Under the pieces are notes generated by a model, which was not told the DNA's origin, made no database searches, and worked only from the letters and a program-made list of their open reading frames with translations. From Methanocellaceae archaeon UBA148 (GTDB lineage: Archaea; Halobacteriota; UBA148): a DNA stretch of 64,000 bases. This document shows positions 27,712-38,643 of this stretch, in pieces. The DNA lies in the NCBI GenBank assembly GCA_002495885.1, contig DAHG01000033.1, forward strand, positions 18,477-82,476. The letters run 5' to 3'. Both the position numbers and the translations under genes were made by a program. Each line of letters opens with the position of its first letter. Position 1 is the stretch's first letter.

Positions 27712-28187
27712 GGTGTTATCGTCAACCTCTTGGATTCCTCTTTTCCTAATAAAATATCGCCATCCTGCTTGTAGGTTTTAAGTATGAAATGAGTGACGGT
27801 ACCCTGCACACGATCCAGTGGTGCCACCTTCTCAGCGATGAAGAATGCGACTTCCTTCATCGTCTTGCCTCTGACCAGCAAAGACAAATCGTGATCGCCG
27901 GAGACTAGACGGACTGAAATAACCTCTGGAAATCTTGCAATGCGTTCTGCTATTGCATCGTAGCCAACTTCTCGCTCAGAGGTGACTTTCAACTCTATAA
28001 TGGCATAAACGTGTTCCGCCTCCAGCTTGTCCCAGTTGATCACCGTTTTATATTTCATGATGATCCCTTTTTTCTCAGCCTCGGCGATCACCTCCCTGAC
28101 TTTGTGCTCGGGAATTTTTGTTAGCGTAGCAATCTCGCCAGTACTTATCCTTGCATCATTCTCCAGTAGTTCGAGTATTTCTTTCAT
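27708..28187 (-). CDS. Lrp/AsnC family transcriptional regulator
   Basis: ILELLENDARISTGEIATLT HTH followed by an RAM domain. 4-nt overlap with the aminotransferase gene. Confidence 0.85.
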   Translation of the reverse strand: MKEILELLENDARISTGEIATLTKIPEHKVREVIAEAEKKGIIMKYKTVINWDKLEAEHVYAIIELKVTSEREVGYDAIAERIARFPEVISVRLVSGDHDLSLLVRGKTMKEVAFFIAEKVAPLDRVQGTVTHFILKTYKQDGDILLGKEESKRLTITP

Positions 28188-28296
28188 AGTATACCAAAAT
28201 AAGTTCTTGATGGATATATAATATATTACATTAATTAACCTTAAGCAAGCGAATGAATATTTATTATATCTTGAATGTTATCTGAAGTGTAGAGGG

Positions 28297-29541
28297 ATGT
28301 ACTTGGCAGATGTGAAAAGAGACTATCTCACCATGGATGACTTCAACCCGTCTAACAAAACCGTTTTAGTCAGATTGGACTTGAATTCACCAATCGACCC
28401 CAGCACTGGGAGCATACTTAGCGAAGAGAAATTTTGGAGCCATGTAGAGACATTGAAGAGATTAGAGAGGTCGAGGACCGTTTTGCTTTCACATCAAAGC
28501 AGGCCCGGAAAAAAGGACTTTACCACAATGGAGCCGCATGCAAAAATGCTCAGAGCGGTTTTGCGGCAAAAAGTAACCTATGTAGATGATATTTTTGGCA
28601 CCTGTGCCCAAAAAGCCATAGAGGATATGAAGGTTGGGGATATTCTTCTTCTGGAGAACGCGAGGTTCTACTCAGAAGAGAATGTGGAAAGGAGTCCGGA
28701 AGAGCATGCCAAAACGCATCTTGTGAGAGGGCTTGCACCCCATTTCGATTTGTTCTTCAACGATGCATTTGCATCGGTCCATAGGGCGCACGCATCTCTG
28801 ATGGGATTTACAGAAGTGCTACCGTCCGGAGCGGGCAAGTTGATGGAAAAAGAATTAGATGTGCTGGACAAGGTCCTCGTCTGTGCGGATCATCCGTGCA
28901 TATTCGTGCTCGGTGGAACGAAGGCACATGATACGCTCGATGTCATCGAAAACATCCTGTCAAGGGATGGCGCTGACAAAATCTTTTTAACTGGCGTTGC
29001 AGCAAATATATTCCTGGCCGCATCAGGAGTGGATATAGGCGCTCCAAGCCTACAATACATCGAGAAAGAAGGATATTCAAACGAGATTCCCAAGGCAAAG
29101 GCATTGCTTCAAAAGTTTGGAGATAAGATAGAGCTTCCCAAGGATGTGGCTCTGAGTAAAAACGGTGAACGAGTTGATGTCTCAATAGAGAATTTACCTG
29201 CTAAATATCCAATCTGGGATATAGGGCTTGAGACTATTGTGAAATTCCAGGATGAAATCGAGAATGCAAAGATGGCAATCTTGCATGGTCCTGCAGGAGT
29301 GTTTGAGAAGGAAAATTTTGCTCTGGGAACATTGGAGATGATGAAAGCCATCACCAAGGCAGGGTTTTCTATCGTTGGGGGTGGACACACAGGGGCTGCT
29401 GTGCAAAAGGCCGGGCTTGAAAGAAAAGTCACACATGTGAGCACTGGAGGAAATGCTTGCCTCAATGTGCTTGCTGGAAAGGAGCTGCCTGGAGTGGTGG
29501 CACTAAAGAACGCAGCAAAAAGATTTGGGTCCAAGCGGTAA
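28297..29541 (+). CDS. pgk: Phosphoglycerate kinase
   Basis: VLVRLDLNSP, SHQSRPG, LENARF and GGGHTGAAV motifs. Confidence 0.9.
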   Translation: MYLADVKRDYLTMDDFNPSNKTVLVRLDLNSPIDPSTGSILSEEKFWSHVETLKRLERSRTVLLSHQSRPGKKDFTTMEPHAKMLRAVLRQKVTYVDDIFGTCAQKAIEDMKVGDILLLENARFYSEENVERSPEEHAKTHLVRGLAPHFDLFFNDAFASVHRAHASLMGFTEVLPSGAGKLMEKELDVLDKVLVCADHPCIFVLGGTKAHDTLDVIENILSRDGADKIFLTGVAANIFLAASGVDIGAPSLQYIEKEGYSNEIPKAKALLQKFGDKIELPKDVALSKNGERVDVSIENLPAKYPIWDIGLETIVKFQDEIENAKMAILHGPAGVFEKENFALGTLEMMKAITKAGFSIVGGGHTGAAVQKAGLERKVTHVSTGGNACLNVLAGKELPGVVALKNAAKRFGSKR

Positions 29542-29592
29542 CGTTTATGATGGATATCGCCAATAAAAATAAAAACAATAATTAAAGAAAGC

Positions 29593-29682
29593 GCCTCGGT
29601 GGCTCAGTCTGGCTAGAGCGAGTGACTTGTAACAAAATTGCAAGGCATCACTAGGTCGCGAGTTCAAATCTCGCCCGGGGCT
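29593..29682 (+). tRNA. tRNA-Thr(UGU) with a 15-nt intron at the canonical 37/38 position
   Basis: Acceptor GCCTCGG/CCGGGGC, D-arm GCTC-AGTCTGGCTA-GAGC, anticodon stem AGTGA/TCACT, loop CTTGTA[ACAAAATTGCAAGGC]A, T-arm GCGAG-TTCAAAT-CTCGC, discriminator T. Folded by eye. Confidence 0.8.
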
Positions 29683-29699
29683 CTGGGGGTTGTAATAAA

Positions 29700-29975
29700 A
29701 TGGAAAGCAAAAAACATTTTACTGCCAAGGAAGCCAAGAGAATCGGTGAAGCGTTAGGGATTGACTGGACTGAGTTTGATGTGGAGCAATTTAGAAGAGG
29801 GATGGACGTAGAACTGGAGCATGGATCGGTGGATCCAAAAACCAATGTCACTAACGATGATCCGATGATGACAGGGAAAATAGCGCTTGCGCACCTGAAC
29901 GAATTCTCGGATTACTACACCAGACTCGATGAGCTGGAAGAAGAGGCAGAAGAGTATTGGGCAGGTAAAAAATAA
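29700..29975 (+). CDS. Small acidic conserved hypothetical protein
   Basis: 91 aa (…GMDVELEHGSVDPKTNVT…), starting 17 nt after the tRNA. Function unknown. Confidence 0.5.
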   Translation: MESKKHFTAKEAKRIGEALGIDWTEFDVEQFRRGMDVELEHGSVDPKTNVTNDDPMMTGKIALAHLNEFSDYYTRLDELEEEAEEYWAGKK

Positions 29976-30163
29976 AATAAAAATACGGGCTCAGCCAGTT
30001 AATCGCCCTTAACGGGCAGCTTTTGGGGGGTGCTTTGTCTTTAGTGCAGTTCATGCGCCCCTTCAACTTTTTTTGCAAACCTAAGATATTATTATACCCT
30101 ATAGGATATAGGTCAAAAAATTGATAAAAGAGCGCTGAGAATCTTCTCTGTTATCGCCCCACT

Positions 30164-31057
30164 TCATCCCAAAAGCCTAACCAACAGCGCCTTCTGGGCA
30201 TGCAGTCGGTTTTCAGCCTGCTCAAAGATGACCGAATGCGGATCGTCGATGATGTCCGAGGCTATCTCCTCCCCTCTGTGGGCCGGCAGACAATGCATGA
30301 CGATGACGTCATCCTTTGCCAGCTTTACAACATCCGCATTAATCTGGAATCCTTTGAAATCGAGCATTTTCTTCTTTTTCTGCGCTTCATCTCCCATCGA
30401 AACCCAAACGTCCGTATATAATATGTCCGCGTTCTTCGCCGCTTCCAGAGGGTCATGGGTTATTTTCGTATTTCCTCTGAGGATTCTCGACTTTTCTAAG
30501 ACATCGGCATTGGGCTCGTATCCTTTCGGACACGCTACTACGACCTTCATGCCAACCAGAGCGCCAGCCAAGATGGAGGAGTTGCATACGTTGTTACCGT
30601 CTCCGATCCAACCAAACTTCAGACCTGAAAATTCCTCCTTGAACTCACGGATTGTCAAAAGATCTGCGAGAGATTGGCACGGATGCTCCAATTCTGTCAA
30701 GCCATTGATGACAGGGACACTTGAGCTTTTTGCCGTTTCAAGAACCTTTGAATGCTCTGCACGAATCATTATTCCGTTTACGTAACTGGATAGCACGCGT
30801 GCAGTGTCCTCCATGCTCTCACCTCTTCCGAGCTGTATTTCCTGCCAGTTCAGGTATAGTGCATGCCCACCCAGATCGGTCATCGCAACCTCAAATGAGG
30901 CCCTTGTGCGGGTGGATGGCTTTTCAAAGAGCATGGCCAAGCTCTTATTTCTAAGCAAATCGACTCCCTGTTTTCGCTTTCCCTTCATATCCTCTGCTTT
31001 GTCAAGAATATCCGTGATGTCCTCAAGAGACATGTCTGCCATTGAAATGAAATTCAT
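30164..31057 (-). CDS. argF: Ornithine carbamoyltransferase
   Basis: STRTRASFE, HPCQSLADL and HCLPAHRGEE motifs. HCLP favours OTC over ATCase. Confidence 0.85.
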   Translation of the reverse strand: MNFISMADMSLEDITDILDKAEDMKGKRKQGVDLLRNKSLAMLFEKPSTRTRASFEVAMTDLGGHALYLNWQEIQLGRGESMEDTARVLSSYVNGIMIRAEHSKVLETAKSSSVPVINGLTELEHPCQSLADLLTIREFKEEFSGLKFGWIGDGNNVCNSSILAGALVGMKVVVACPKGYEPNADVLEKSRILRGNTKITHDPLEAAKNADILYTDVWVSMGDEAQKKKKMLDFKGFQINADVVKLAKDDVIVMHCLPAHRGEEIASDIIDDPHSVIFEQAENRLHAQKALLVRLLG

Positions 31058-31062
31058 TTATT

Positions 31063-32436
31063 TTACCCCCTCAGTGAGTTCATATGTTCCACACTTTTAG
31101 CTATGTGCTCTTTTGATCCGATGTCCCACCTGTTCCATAAGGGCCCATCGATGGCTACGACACCCTCCAGCGAAATATTTCTTGCAGCACCAACATCATC
31201 AGCAATGCCTACGGTGCATACCGTTCTCGAGCCGAGGGCATATGTTTCTTTTCCACGAATTTCCATAGAACCCGGATAAATCCGGACGGCGTCTCCATAT
31301 TTCCTGCTAAGCCCATATGCATTACTAAGGTCAACCCTCTCCTCACCGGAAAATCTCTTCCTATATCCTCCATAGGTCATTGGTACGGCATATGTGACAA
31401 CACTCGCTTTTTTGGCGAAGTTTAGCCTGGTTAGATTACCATCGAGGATGTTAAGACAAACATCAACGAAATCATCTTCCAGGATTGGGAGCAAATTTTG
31501 TATTTCCGGGTCCCCGGGACGGGAATTGATTTCCAAAACTTTTACCCCGTCTGCGGCGCAGATATAAGCCATATATAGAGGTACGCCACGCAACTCGTTG
31601 CCTCCATCGACCCTTAATTCTTCGAATATTTTTTTGCCAATTTCAAGTCCAGCTTCCCAGTCCTCTTGATCCATGAAAGGTAATATTCGCCCCAGAGCCT
31701 TATAGGAGCCCATACCACCAGTGTTTACGCCCCTGTCGCCATCAAATGCCCTTTTATAATCCCTTACAGCTTCTGTTGGAACCAGGTGTTTTCCATCCGA
31801 AAAAAACTGCAAACTGAACTCTTCTCCCTCGATTTTTTCCTCTATTATCACAGGCCCATAATCGCATATGGATAGAAAGTGGTCGAATAACTCCTCGCGA
31901 GTTGAGAAGTGATCCCCCCAAACCCCGACACCCTTACCTGTCGCCGGAGCGTCCGGCTTCACAGCCACCTGATTCCCCAGCTCATCCAACCAAGAATAAA
32001 CGCCTTTCCTCAATTCATCCTTGCCAGAATAATTCTTTGTATCAAAGACCTTAAATCTGGGATTCGCATCTGGACAGTACTTTTCCAATAAATGGCGTTG
32101 TGAAACTTTGCTTCCCTCAATGGCATATTCTTTCGTAGGGCAGATCATCGGAATCCGGGTTTCTTTTTCGATGATGTCCCTGATGCCCCCGATTATCTGA
32201 CCTTCTGGCCCGACTATTCCGAAATCGATTTCATCCTCATGTTTTTTGGCGAATTTGCAGATTTTCTGCACATCCAGCCCAATTTCATAATCGGCAGCCC
32301 TTTCAACTATGAAAGGATTTTTTTGTTTATCTGCATCAAAAATATTGACCTCGTAGTTTTCACTCCTGCACAAAGAATCTGCGATAGCAGCCTCCCTTGA
32401 GCCGTAACTAACGAGTAAAACGCCAACCTTTTCCAT
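31063..32436 (-). CDS. purD: Phosphoribosylamine--glycine ligase
   Basis: ATP-grasp fold with GVNTGGMGSY and EINSRPGDPE motifs. Confidence 0.8.
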   Translation of the reverse strand: MEKVGVLLVSYGSREAAIADSLCRSENYEVNIFDADKQKNPFIVERAADYEIGLDVQKICKFAKKHEDEIDFGIVGPEGQIIGGIRDIIEKETRIPMICPTKEYAIEGSKVSQRHLLEKYCPDANPRFKVFDTKNYSGKDELRKGVYSWLDELGNQVAVKPDAPATGKGVGVWGDHFSTREELFDHFLSICDYGPVIIEEKIEGEEFSLQFFSDGKHLVPTEAVRDYKRAFDGDRGVNTGGMGSYKALGRILPFMDQEDWEAGLEIGKKIFEELRVDGGNELRGVPLYMAYICAADGVKVLEINSRPGDPEIQNLLPILEDDFVDVCLNILDGNLTRLNFAKKASVVTYAVPMTYGGYRKRFSGEERVDLSNAYGLSRKYGDAVRIYPGSMEIRGKETYALGSRTVCTVGIADDVGAARNISLEGVVAIDGPLWNRWDIGSKEHIAKSVEHMNSLRG

Positions 32437-32442
32437 CGAAAA

Positions 32443-32964
32443 TCAACTCTGGTCCAACAAGTCACTTAATTTAGCTATGGAGTTCAATGAAACCCCTATC
32501 GACATCAAATTTTCTCTGGCCCCCTCCTCTCGATCAACAACTGCAAGGACCGAATGCACTATTGCTCCATGATCTCGTAACGTTTGTACCGCCCTGACCG
32601 CTTCAGAGCCTGTAGTGGTGACATCCTCAACCACAATGACAGTATCTCCAGGACATATCTCTCCTTCGATTAACTTCTTTGTTGCATATCCTTTCTTTTT
32701 CTTCCTAACGATTACATAGGGCAATTTGGTCTTGATGCTTGCCACTGCAACCAACGATATGGATCCAAGTTCGATCGCAGCAAGCTTTTTTGCGCCTGGC
32801 GGAATCAGACCTGAGATCTTATTGCCTATGGCTTCCAAACAATCGGGATCGGTTTCGAAGATGTATTTGTCTACATAATAACTGCTTTTTAAACCGGATG
32901 AGAGCGTAAAATCACCAAACTTGAGGGAGCGTTTCAATGCCTTTAGCAGTTCACTATCTTTCAT
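32443..32964 (-). CDS. Orotate phosphoribosyltransferase-like PRTase
   Basis: VIVVEDVTTTGSEA PRPP-binding motif. I prefer the start at MKDSELL. Confidence 0.75.
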   Translation of the reverse strand: MKDSELLKALKRSLKFGDFTLSSGLKSSYYVDKYIFETDPDCLEAIGNKISGLIPPGAKKLAAIELGSISLVAVASIKTKLPYVIVRKKKKGYATKKLIEGEICPGDTVIVVEDVTTTGSEAVRAVQTLRDHGAIVHSVLAVVDREEGARENLMSIGVSLNSIAKLSDLLDQS

Positions 32965-33099
32965 GTTTCCCCCCCGCACCATCGCTTATACAATCAGCGC
33001 ACACAGACATCATGATATAAAAATGATCTGCACAAACGCTTTTACCACATACGATGCATGTTCTGGTATTTGTCTCTTTTTTGCATATCTCACATCTCA

Positions 33100-33618
33100 T
33101 TACCACGGCACATCCTTTTTCCCCATTTTATATCCTATGATATTTGTAATCCTATGCAGGAATGGTGTTATGACCAATATAACGATTACGCGGTACGATG
33201 TGAAATTCTCCGAGAACCAGGGATGAGCAAATAATATCAAAAATAACCAAGCACCCAGGACAAAATCCAGTTGATCCATTATTGGAACTTTCGACCCACT
33301 TTCAATATCCAGTCTTCTTTTGATGAAACTCTTGCACAAGTCACCAAATAAAGCTCCGAATGTTAAACAGAACAATACAATCAAGGGAAATAAAACAAAA
33401 CTTGGAAGTAATACATTTTGTACACTCCCTGTAAACATGCCAATAACAATTCCTCCGATCAATCCCTTCCAGGTTTTTCCGTTCCCAAAAATTCTTCTGC
33501 CATCGAGGAAATTCTTCTCAAAGTCAATTGATTTTCCACCGCCAGTTAAAACTGCAAAGGCATTTGCCACATATGCGGGTAACATTAACCAGATTGCAAT
33601 CAATATTGTGCTAAACAA
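33100..33618 (-). CDS. carS: CDP-archaeol synthase
   Basis: MLPAYVANAFAVLTGGG...DGRRIFGNGKTWKG...DLCKSFIKRR, a DUF46/CarS signature. 5 TM. Confidence 0.8.
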   Translation of the reverse strand: MFSTILIAIWLMLPAYVANAFAVLTGGGKSIDFEKNFLDGRRIFGNGKTWKGLIGGIVIGMFTGSVQNVLLPSFVLFPLIVLFCLTFGALFGDLCKSFIKRRLDIESGSKVPIMDQLDFVLGAWLFLILFAHPWFSENFTSYRVIVILVITPFLHRITNIIGYKMGKKDVPW

Positions 33619-33731
33619 ATCGACACCGAAAACGTTTTTTGTACAGGAACTGATAAACGTCTTTTGTATAGGAACTGATAAACGTTATGAAGGTTTAATT
33701 AAATTATCTAATTAATGGGAGGCGTATTACA

Positions 33732-35249
33732 TTGAGCTCTTACCAAAGTCGACTTAACAAGGGACTGCCTAAACATACCACTTCGTTGTGCCCAGATTGC
33801 AAGAAGGTCATTGATGCGGTCATCTTCGAGCGAGACTGTGCTGTTTGGATGTCGAAGGAGTGCCCAGAGCATGGTCTTTTTGAGGATATCTACTGGTCAG
33901 ATGTTGATATGTATCTTAGAGTTGAGAGATACGCATATGATGGAATAGGGGTTCAAAATCCGCAGACCACTGCATCAAACTGTCCGTTTGATTGCGGTCT
34001 TTGCGACATTCATCTGAGTTCTACTTGTCTCGGAAACATCGATGTTACGAATAGATGCAACCTATCCTGTGATTTTTGTTTCGCAAATGCTAAAGTACAA
34101 AAAAGGGTATACGAGCCCTCGTTTGAGCAAATAAAGGATATGCTCGCTGCGTTAAGGGATGAACGCCCAGTCCCCACACCGGCAGTTCAATTTTCTGGTG
34201 GGGAGCCAACCCTTAGGGACGATCTTCCGGAAATCATCAAGCTTGCCAAAAAAATGGGATTCTTGCAGGTACAGATAGCTACAAATGGTGTCAGATTAGG
34301 GGAGGATCCCAAATATGCTCAAACGCTAAAGGATGCCGGACTAAGCACAGTCTACCTTCATTTTGATGGGGTCTCTAAAAAGACAGAGCCACTGATAGAG
34401 ATTAGAAAGAAGGTGATCGAACATTGTCGCAAGGCAAGGCAGGGAGTTACGCTCGTCCCAACCGTCATCAATGGTTTTAACGATCATGAAGTAGGAGATG
34501 TCATCAGGCTTGCTGTGGAGAATATCGACGTTATAAGGGGCGTTAATTTCCAACCTATCGCATTTACGGGTGCAGCTTCCACTGAAAAGAGGACGCGTCA
34601 AAGGTTCACGATCCCTGATCTGGCAGATCGAATAGAGCAACAAACAAACGGAACGATCAAAAAAAGCGATTTTTACCCGGTTCCATGCGTCGTATCGCTA
34701 TCAAAATTAGTCGAGGAATACACGGGAGAGCCCAAGATTGAGTTCAGCGCTCACCCGCATTGTGGCGTTGCTACATACGTATTTGTAGACGGAAAAGAGC
34801 TTGTACCAATCAATCGCTTCGTGGACGTGGATAAATTCTTCCAATCTGTGGATGAGGTAATCAACATCTTAAAGTCTGGTGGTTTGTTGGGCGGATCAAA
34901 AGCAATGATGAAAGGTGCTAAAGTGATAAACGATTGCATCCATGAGAATGCGCAGCCAAAAAATGTGCATTTCAAGGAAATGCTTAAACAGATATTGAAA
35001 AAACAAAACTATAAGTCGCTGGGAGAGTTTCATTGGAACGTGCTGTTTATCGGAGCGATGCACTTCCAAGACTCATACAATTATGACATAGAACGTGTTA
35101 AGCGGTGCGTAATTCATTATGCCACGCCCGACCCAAAAAGAAGGATTGTACCGTTCTGCGCGTACAATTCTGGTCCGACTTTTAGAGAAGAGGTCGAGCA
35201 AAAATATAGCATTCCGTTGAAGGAGTGGGAAAGCCAGCATAAAACATGA
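33732..35249 (+). CDS. Radical SAM protein of the Tes / GDGT-MAS (MJ0619) family, putative tetraether lipid synthase
   Basis: N-terminal Cys4 ribbon (CPDCKK...CPEHG), CNLSCDFC radical SAM motif, ~505 aa. Divergent from carS. Family assigned from memory. Confidence 0.6.
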   Translation: MSSYQSRLNKGLPKHTTSLCPDCKKVIDAVIFERDCAVWMSKECPEHGLFEDIYWSDVDMYLRVERYAYDGIGVQNPQTTASNCPFDCGLCDIHLSSTCLGNIDVTNRCNLSCDFCFANAKVQKRVYEPSFEQIKDMLAALRDERPVPTPAVQFSGGEPTLRDDLPEIIKLAKKMGFLQVQIATNGVRLGEDPKYAQTLKDAGLSTVYLHFDGVSKKTEPLIEIRKKVIEHCRKARQGVTLVPTVINGFNDHEVGDVIRLAVENIDVIRGVNFQPIAFTGAASTEKRTRQRFTIPDLADRIEQQTNGTIKKSDFYPVPCVVSLSKLVEEYTGEPKIEFSAHPHCGVATYVFVDGKELVPINRFVDVDKFFQSVDEVINILKSGGLLGGSKAMMKGAKVINDCIHENAQPKNVHFKEMLKQILKKQNYKSLGEFHWNVLFIGAMHFQDSYNYDIERVKRCVIHYATPDPKRRIVPFCAYNSGPTFREEVEQKYSIPLKEWESQHKT

Positions 35250-35338
35250 TTTATGCTGCTTTTTGGCCCGGTTTTTTACCCCCTTCTAGTAATAAGATAA
35301 GAAGATAATTAGCAAATGCAAAAAAAAAATGAATGTAG

Positions 35339-36574
35339 GTGAATGACTTGAGGTTAAGCGACGTTGATCCAGAAGTGGCAAGAGCCATTATGCAGGAAAG
35401 GGAAAGGGAAAGGTCTGGATTGGAGTTGATCGCCTCTGAAAACTTTGTTAGCGAGGCGGTCTTAGAGGCGCAGGGCTCCGTCATGACGAACAAGTATGCT
35501 GAGGGCTATCCATCGCGGCGATACTATGGCGGTTGTGAATATATGGATGTCGTGGAAAACCTGGCTATAGAGAGAGCCAAGAAGATTTTTGGTGCAGAAC
35601 ATGCGAACGTCCAACCACACTCTGGCTCGCAAGCAAACATGGCAGTTTACTTCGCCATGCTAAATGTCGGCGATACCATCATGGGGATGGAGTTATCCCA
35701 GGGCGGCCACCTAACACACGGAAGCCCAGCAAGCTTTTCAGGAAAGCTCTTTAACGTCGTCACCTATGGTGTGGATCGAAAGACACAAATGATCAACTAT
35801 GACGAGGTGTGTGAACTCGCAAAAAAACACAAACCCAAGATGATCGTGGCAGGTGCCAGTGCATATCCAAGGGAGATAGATTTTGCTGCCTTCAGAGAGA
35901 TAGCTGGTACAGTCGGCGCATACTTAATGGCTGACATGGCCCATATCGCTGGACTAATTGTAGCTGGAGTCCACCAGAGTCCAGTACCGCATGCTCATTT
36001 TATCACGAGCACCACCCATAAGACCTTGCGTGGCGCTCGAGGCGGATTTATTCTCTGCAAGAAGGAATATGCCAAGGCAATAGACAAGACTGTTTTTCCA
36101 GGAATCCAAGGCGGTCCTTTGATGCATTCCATCGCTGCCAAGGCTGTCACGTTCAAAGAGGCGATGAGTCCAGAGTTCGTAAATTATCAAAAGCAGATCG
36201 TAAAGAATTCAAAGGCATTAGCTGATGAGCTTATAAACAAAGGGTTTGACTTGGTCTCGGGTGGAACCGACAACCATCTGGTGCTTGTAGATCTGACCAG
36301 CAAAGGGATAACAGGCAAAGAGGCTGAAGACGCCTTAAGTGATGTTAACATCATCGTGAATAAGAATACCATCCCGTTTGATCCACAAAGTCCATTCATC
36401 GCTTCCGGTATACGGATAGGCACGCCGGCAGTGACGACGAGGGGCATGAAAGAGCGCGAGATGAGAGAAATAGCGAGAATGGTCACTACAGTATTATCGG
36501 ATATTGACAACCAGATGATACGCCGAAATGTCAAAGAAGAAGTAGATAGAATTTGTAATCAATTCCCACTTTAG
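35339..36574 (+). CDS. glyA: Serine hydroxymethyltransferase
   Basis: LIASENF, YYGGCE and [14 protein letters not shown] (PLP lysine) motifs. GTG start. Confidence 0.9.
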   Translation: MNDLRLSDVDPEVARAIMQERERERSGLELIASENFVSEAVLEAQGSVMTNKYAEGYPSRRYYGGCEYMDVVENLAIERAKKIFGAEHANVQPHSGSQANMAVYFAMLNVGDTIMGMELSQGGHLTHGSPASFSGKLFNVVTYGVDRKTQMINYDEVCELAKKHKPKMIVAGASAYPREIDFAAFREIAGTVGAYLMADMAHIAGLIVAGVHQSPVPHAHFITSTTHKTLRGARGGFILCKKEYAKAIDKTVFPGIQGGPLMHSIAAKAVTFKEAMSPEFVNYQKQIVKNSKALADELINKGFDLVSGGTDNHLVLVDLTSKGITGKEAEDALSDVNIIVNKNTIPFDPQSPFIASGIRIGTPAVTTRGMKEREMREIARMVTTVLSDIDNQMIRRNVKEEVDRICNQFPL

Positions 36575-36608
36575 TAGGTATGAAACTTTACTGTATTGAG
36601 TATGAACT

Positions 36609-37454
36609 ATGATCATCGACGGACGTAAGATTGCTGACGAACTCCAAGAAGAAGTTGCGAGAGAGGTTAAAAAGCTGAGAGAGAACTACGGCATAATCCC
36701 GGGTTTAGCTACGATCTCTGTCGGGGAAGATCCTGCATCAAAGACCTATCTTTCGATGAAAAGGCGAGCTTGTGAAAATGTAGCAATACATTATGAAGAG
36801 CATATTTTTCCAAAAGGAGCACGACAGGGGGAAGTGATCAAAAGAATTCTGGAGTTAAACGACGATGTGAGGATTCATGGCATCTTGGTCCAGCTTCCTT
36901 TACCATCACATTTGGATGAAGATGCAATCTTAGAGAGGGTTTCGCCAAAAAAGGATGTCGACGGATTTAATCCCCTTAACCTAGGTAACCTGCTTATCGG
37001 CAACGAAAATATACCGCCTTGTACGCCCGCAGGGATAGTGTTCATGCTGGAAAAGATCGGCGTGGATCTGAGAGGGAGACATGCCGTTGTAGTCGGTCGA
37101 AGTAAGATAGTGGGTCGCCCGCTTGCAGCGATGTTTTTGAACAGAGATGCAACCGTCACAATTTGTCACTCAAAAACGAAGGATTTGAAAGAGTACACAA
37201 AGCAAGCAGACATATTGGTTGTTGCCGCCGGCAGGGCCAAGCTAATCACAAAAGAAATGGTAAAAGAAGGGGCAGTGATTATCGACGTTGGGATGAACAG
37301 GATCGAAAGGGAACTTTGTGGCGACGTAGATTTTGAGGGTGTCAAAGAAAAAGCTTCGGCTATCACGCCCGTACCTGGTGGCGTTGGGCCCATGACCGTA
37401 GCCATGTTGATGAAGAATACTTTGGTTTCAGCGAGGAACACATTAAGAGGGTAA
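36609..37454 (+). CDS. folD: Bifunctional methylenetetrahydrofolate dehydrogenase/methenyl-THF cyclohydrolase
   Basis: ASKTYLSMKRRAC, GILVQLPLP, VVGRSKIVGRP and PVPGGVGPMT motifs. Confidence 0.9.
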   Translation: MIIDGRKIADELQEEVAREVKKLRENYGIIPGLATISVGEDPASKTYLSMKRRACENVAIHYEEHIFPKGARQGEVIKRILELNDDVRIHGILVQLPLPSHLDEDAILERVSPKKDVDGFNPLNLGNLLIGNENIPPCTPAGIVFMLEKIGVDLRGRHAVVVGRSKIVGRPLAAMFLNRDATVTICHSKTKDLKEYTKQADILVVAAGRAKLITKEMVKEGAVIIDVGMNRIERELCGDVDFEGVKEKASAITPVPGGVGPMTVAMLMKNTLVSARNTLRG

Positions 37455-37460
37455 CGCGAC

Positions 37461-38030
37461 ATGAAGAAGTGCATCAAAAACAAGATTCTCGTAATAAGAG
37501 ATGCACAGTCAAGTGAAGAGATATTATGCAAAAGTTTGCAGATCGAAAAAAATCTTCTTGATTTAGAGGAATTTAACAAAGCTAAAATGGTCATGTTTTA
37601 CATCTCTAAAGGGAGTGAAGTCCATACAAGGAGGATGATAAAAGAGGCGATGAAGAGAGGAAAGAGGGTCGCAGTTCCAGTTACGAAATTAGATGAGGGG
37701 GAGCTCGCTGTATCAGAGCTGCTGGATTCCGATGAACTAAAGCTGGGTGCTTTTGACGTTCCGGAGCCAAAGGATCCGAAGCTCATTTCTGCGGGCGAAG
37801 TGGATTTGATCGTCGTTCCAGGCGTCGCATTCGACATGAGAGGGCATCGTCTTGGCTATGGCCTGGGATTCTATGATAGATTTTTGTCCTCAGTTGGGGA
37901 TGATGCAATCATAGTAGCGCTGGCTTATGATTCTCAGGTCTTGGATGAGATACCAAATGAGCGCCATGACGTTCCAGCAGATGCGATCATAACAGAGAGC
38001 CAGATCATACGTCCTCTTAACAGGGGGTGA
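37461..38030 (+). CDS. 5-formyltetrahydrofolate cyclo-ligase
   Basis: VVPGVAFDMRGHRLGYGLGFYDRFL motif. Confidence 0.8.
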   Translation: MKKCIKNKILVIRDAQSSEEILCKSLQIEKNLLDLEEFNKAKMVMFYISKGSEVHTRRMIKEAMKRGKRVAVPVTKLDEGELAVSELLDSDELKLGAFDVPEPKDPKLISAGEVDLIVVPGVAFDMRGHRLGYGLGFYDRFLSSVGDDAIIVALAYDSQVLDEIPNERHDVPADAIITESQIIRPLNRG

Positions 38031-38034
38031 TATC

Positions 38035-38643
38035 GTGCGAAGAATAAATATAGGCATACTTGCATCGGTCTCAAGCTGGGGAGGAAATTTAGCAGCCATC
38101 CTAGAGGGCGTTAAGAGGGGGAAGCTAAACGTGAACATCACAGTAGTAATCTGTGATGGTCCAAATGCGCACATTTTAGATATGGCAACAGGGCACAACA
38201 TCAGGAGCGTGATCATCTCTCCGGACGGCGGCGAGGAGTATGATGAAGAATTGATCTCCTGCCTAAATAATAACTCCGTAGATTTGGTCGTGATGGATGG
38301 CTACATGAGGGTCTTGAGCCCCAGGGTTATCTCTGCCTACAGAGACAGGATCATGAACATTCATCCTGCTTTACTTCCGAGTTTTCCGGGCCTGAATGCG
38401 TGGCAGCAGGCATTAGATTATGGTGTGAAGATATCTGGTTGTACGATTCACTTCGCGGATGAAAACGTCGACTGCGGACCGATAATCTTGCAGAGCGCTG
38501 TGCCAGTCAGAGACGATGATACCGTTGAATCATTGCGCAAGAGAATTCTCAAGGAAGAGATGAGGCTTTACATAAAGGCAATTAAACTGTTCGCAGATGG
38601 CAAACTGAGAGTAAGTGGACGAAAGGTTGTGATAGATAGATGA
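38035..38643 (+). CDS. purN: Phosphoribosylglycinamide formyltransferase
   Basis: [17 protein letters not shown] and [17 protein letters not shown] motifs. Confidence 0.85.
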   Translation: MRRINIGILASVSSWGGNLAAILEGVKRGKLNVNITVVICDGPNAHILDMATGHNIRSVIISPDGGEEYDEELISCLNNNSVDLVVMDGYMRVLSPRVISAYRDRIMNIHPALLPSFPGLNAWQQALDYGVKISGCTIHFADENVDCGPIILQSAVPVRDDDTVESLRKRILKEEMRLYIKAIKLFADGKLRVSGRKVVIDR

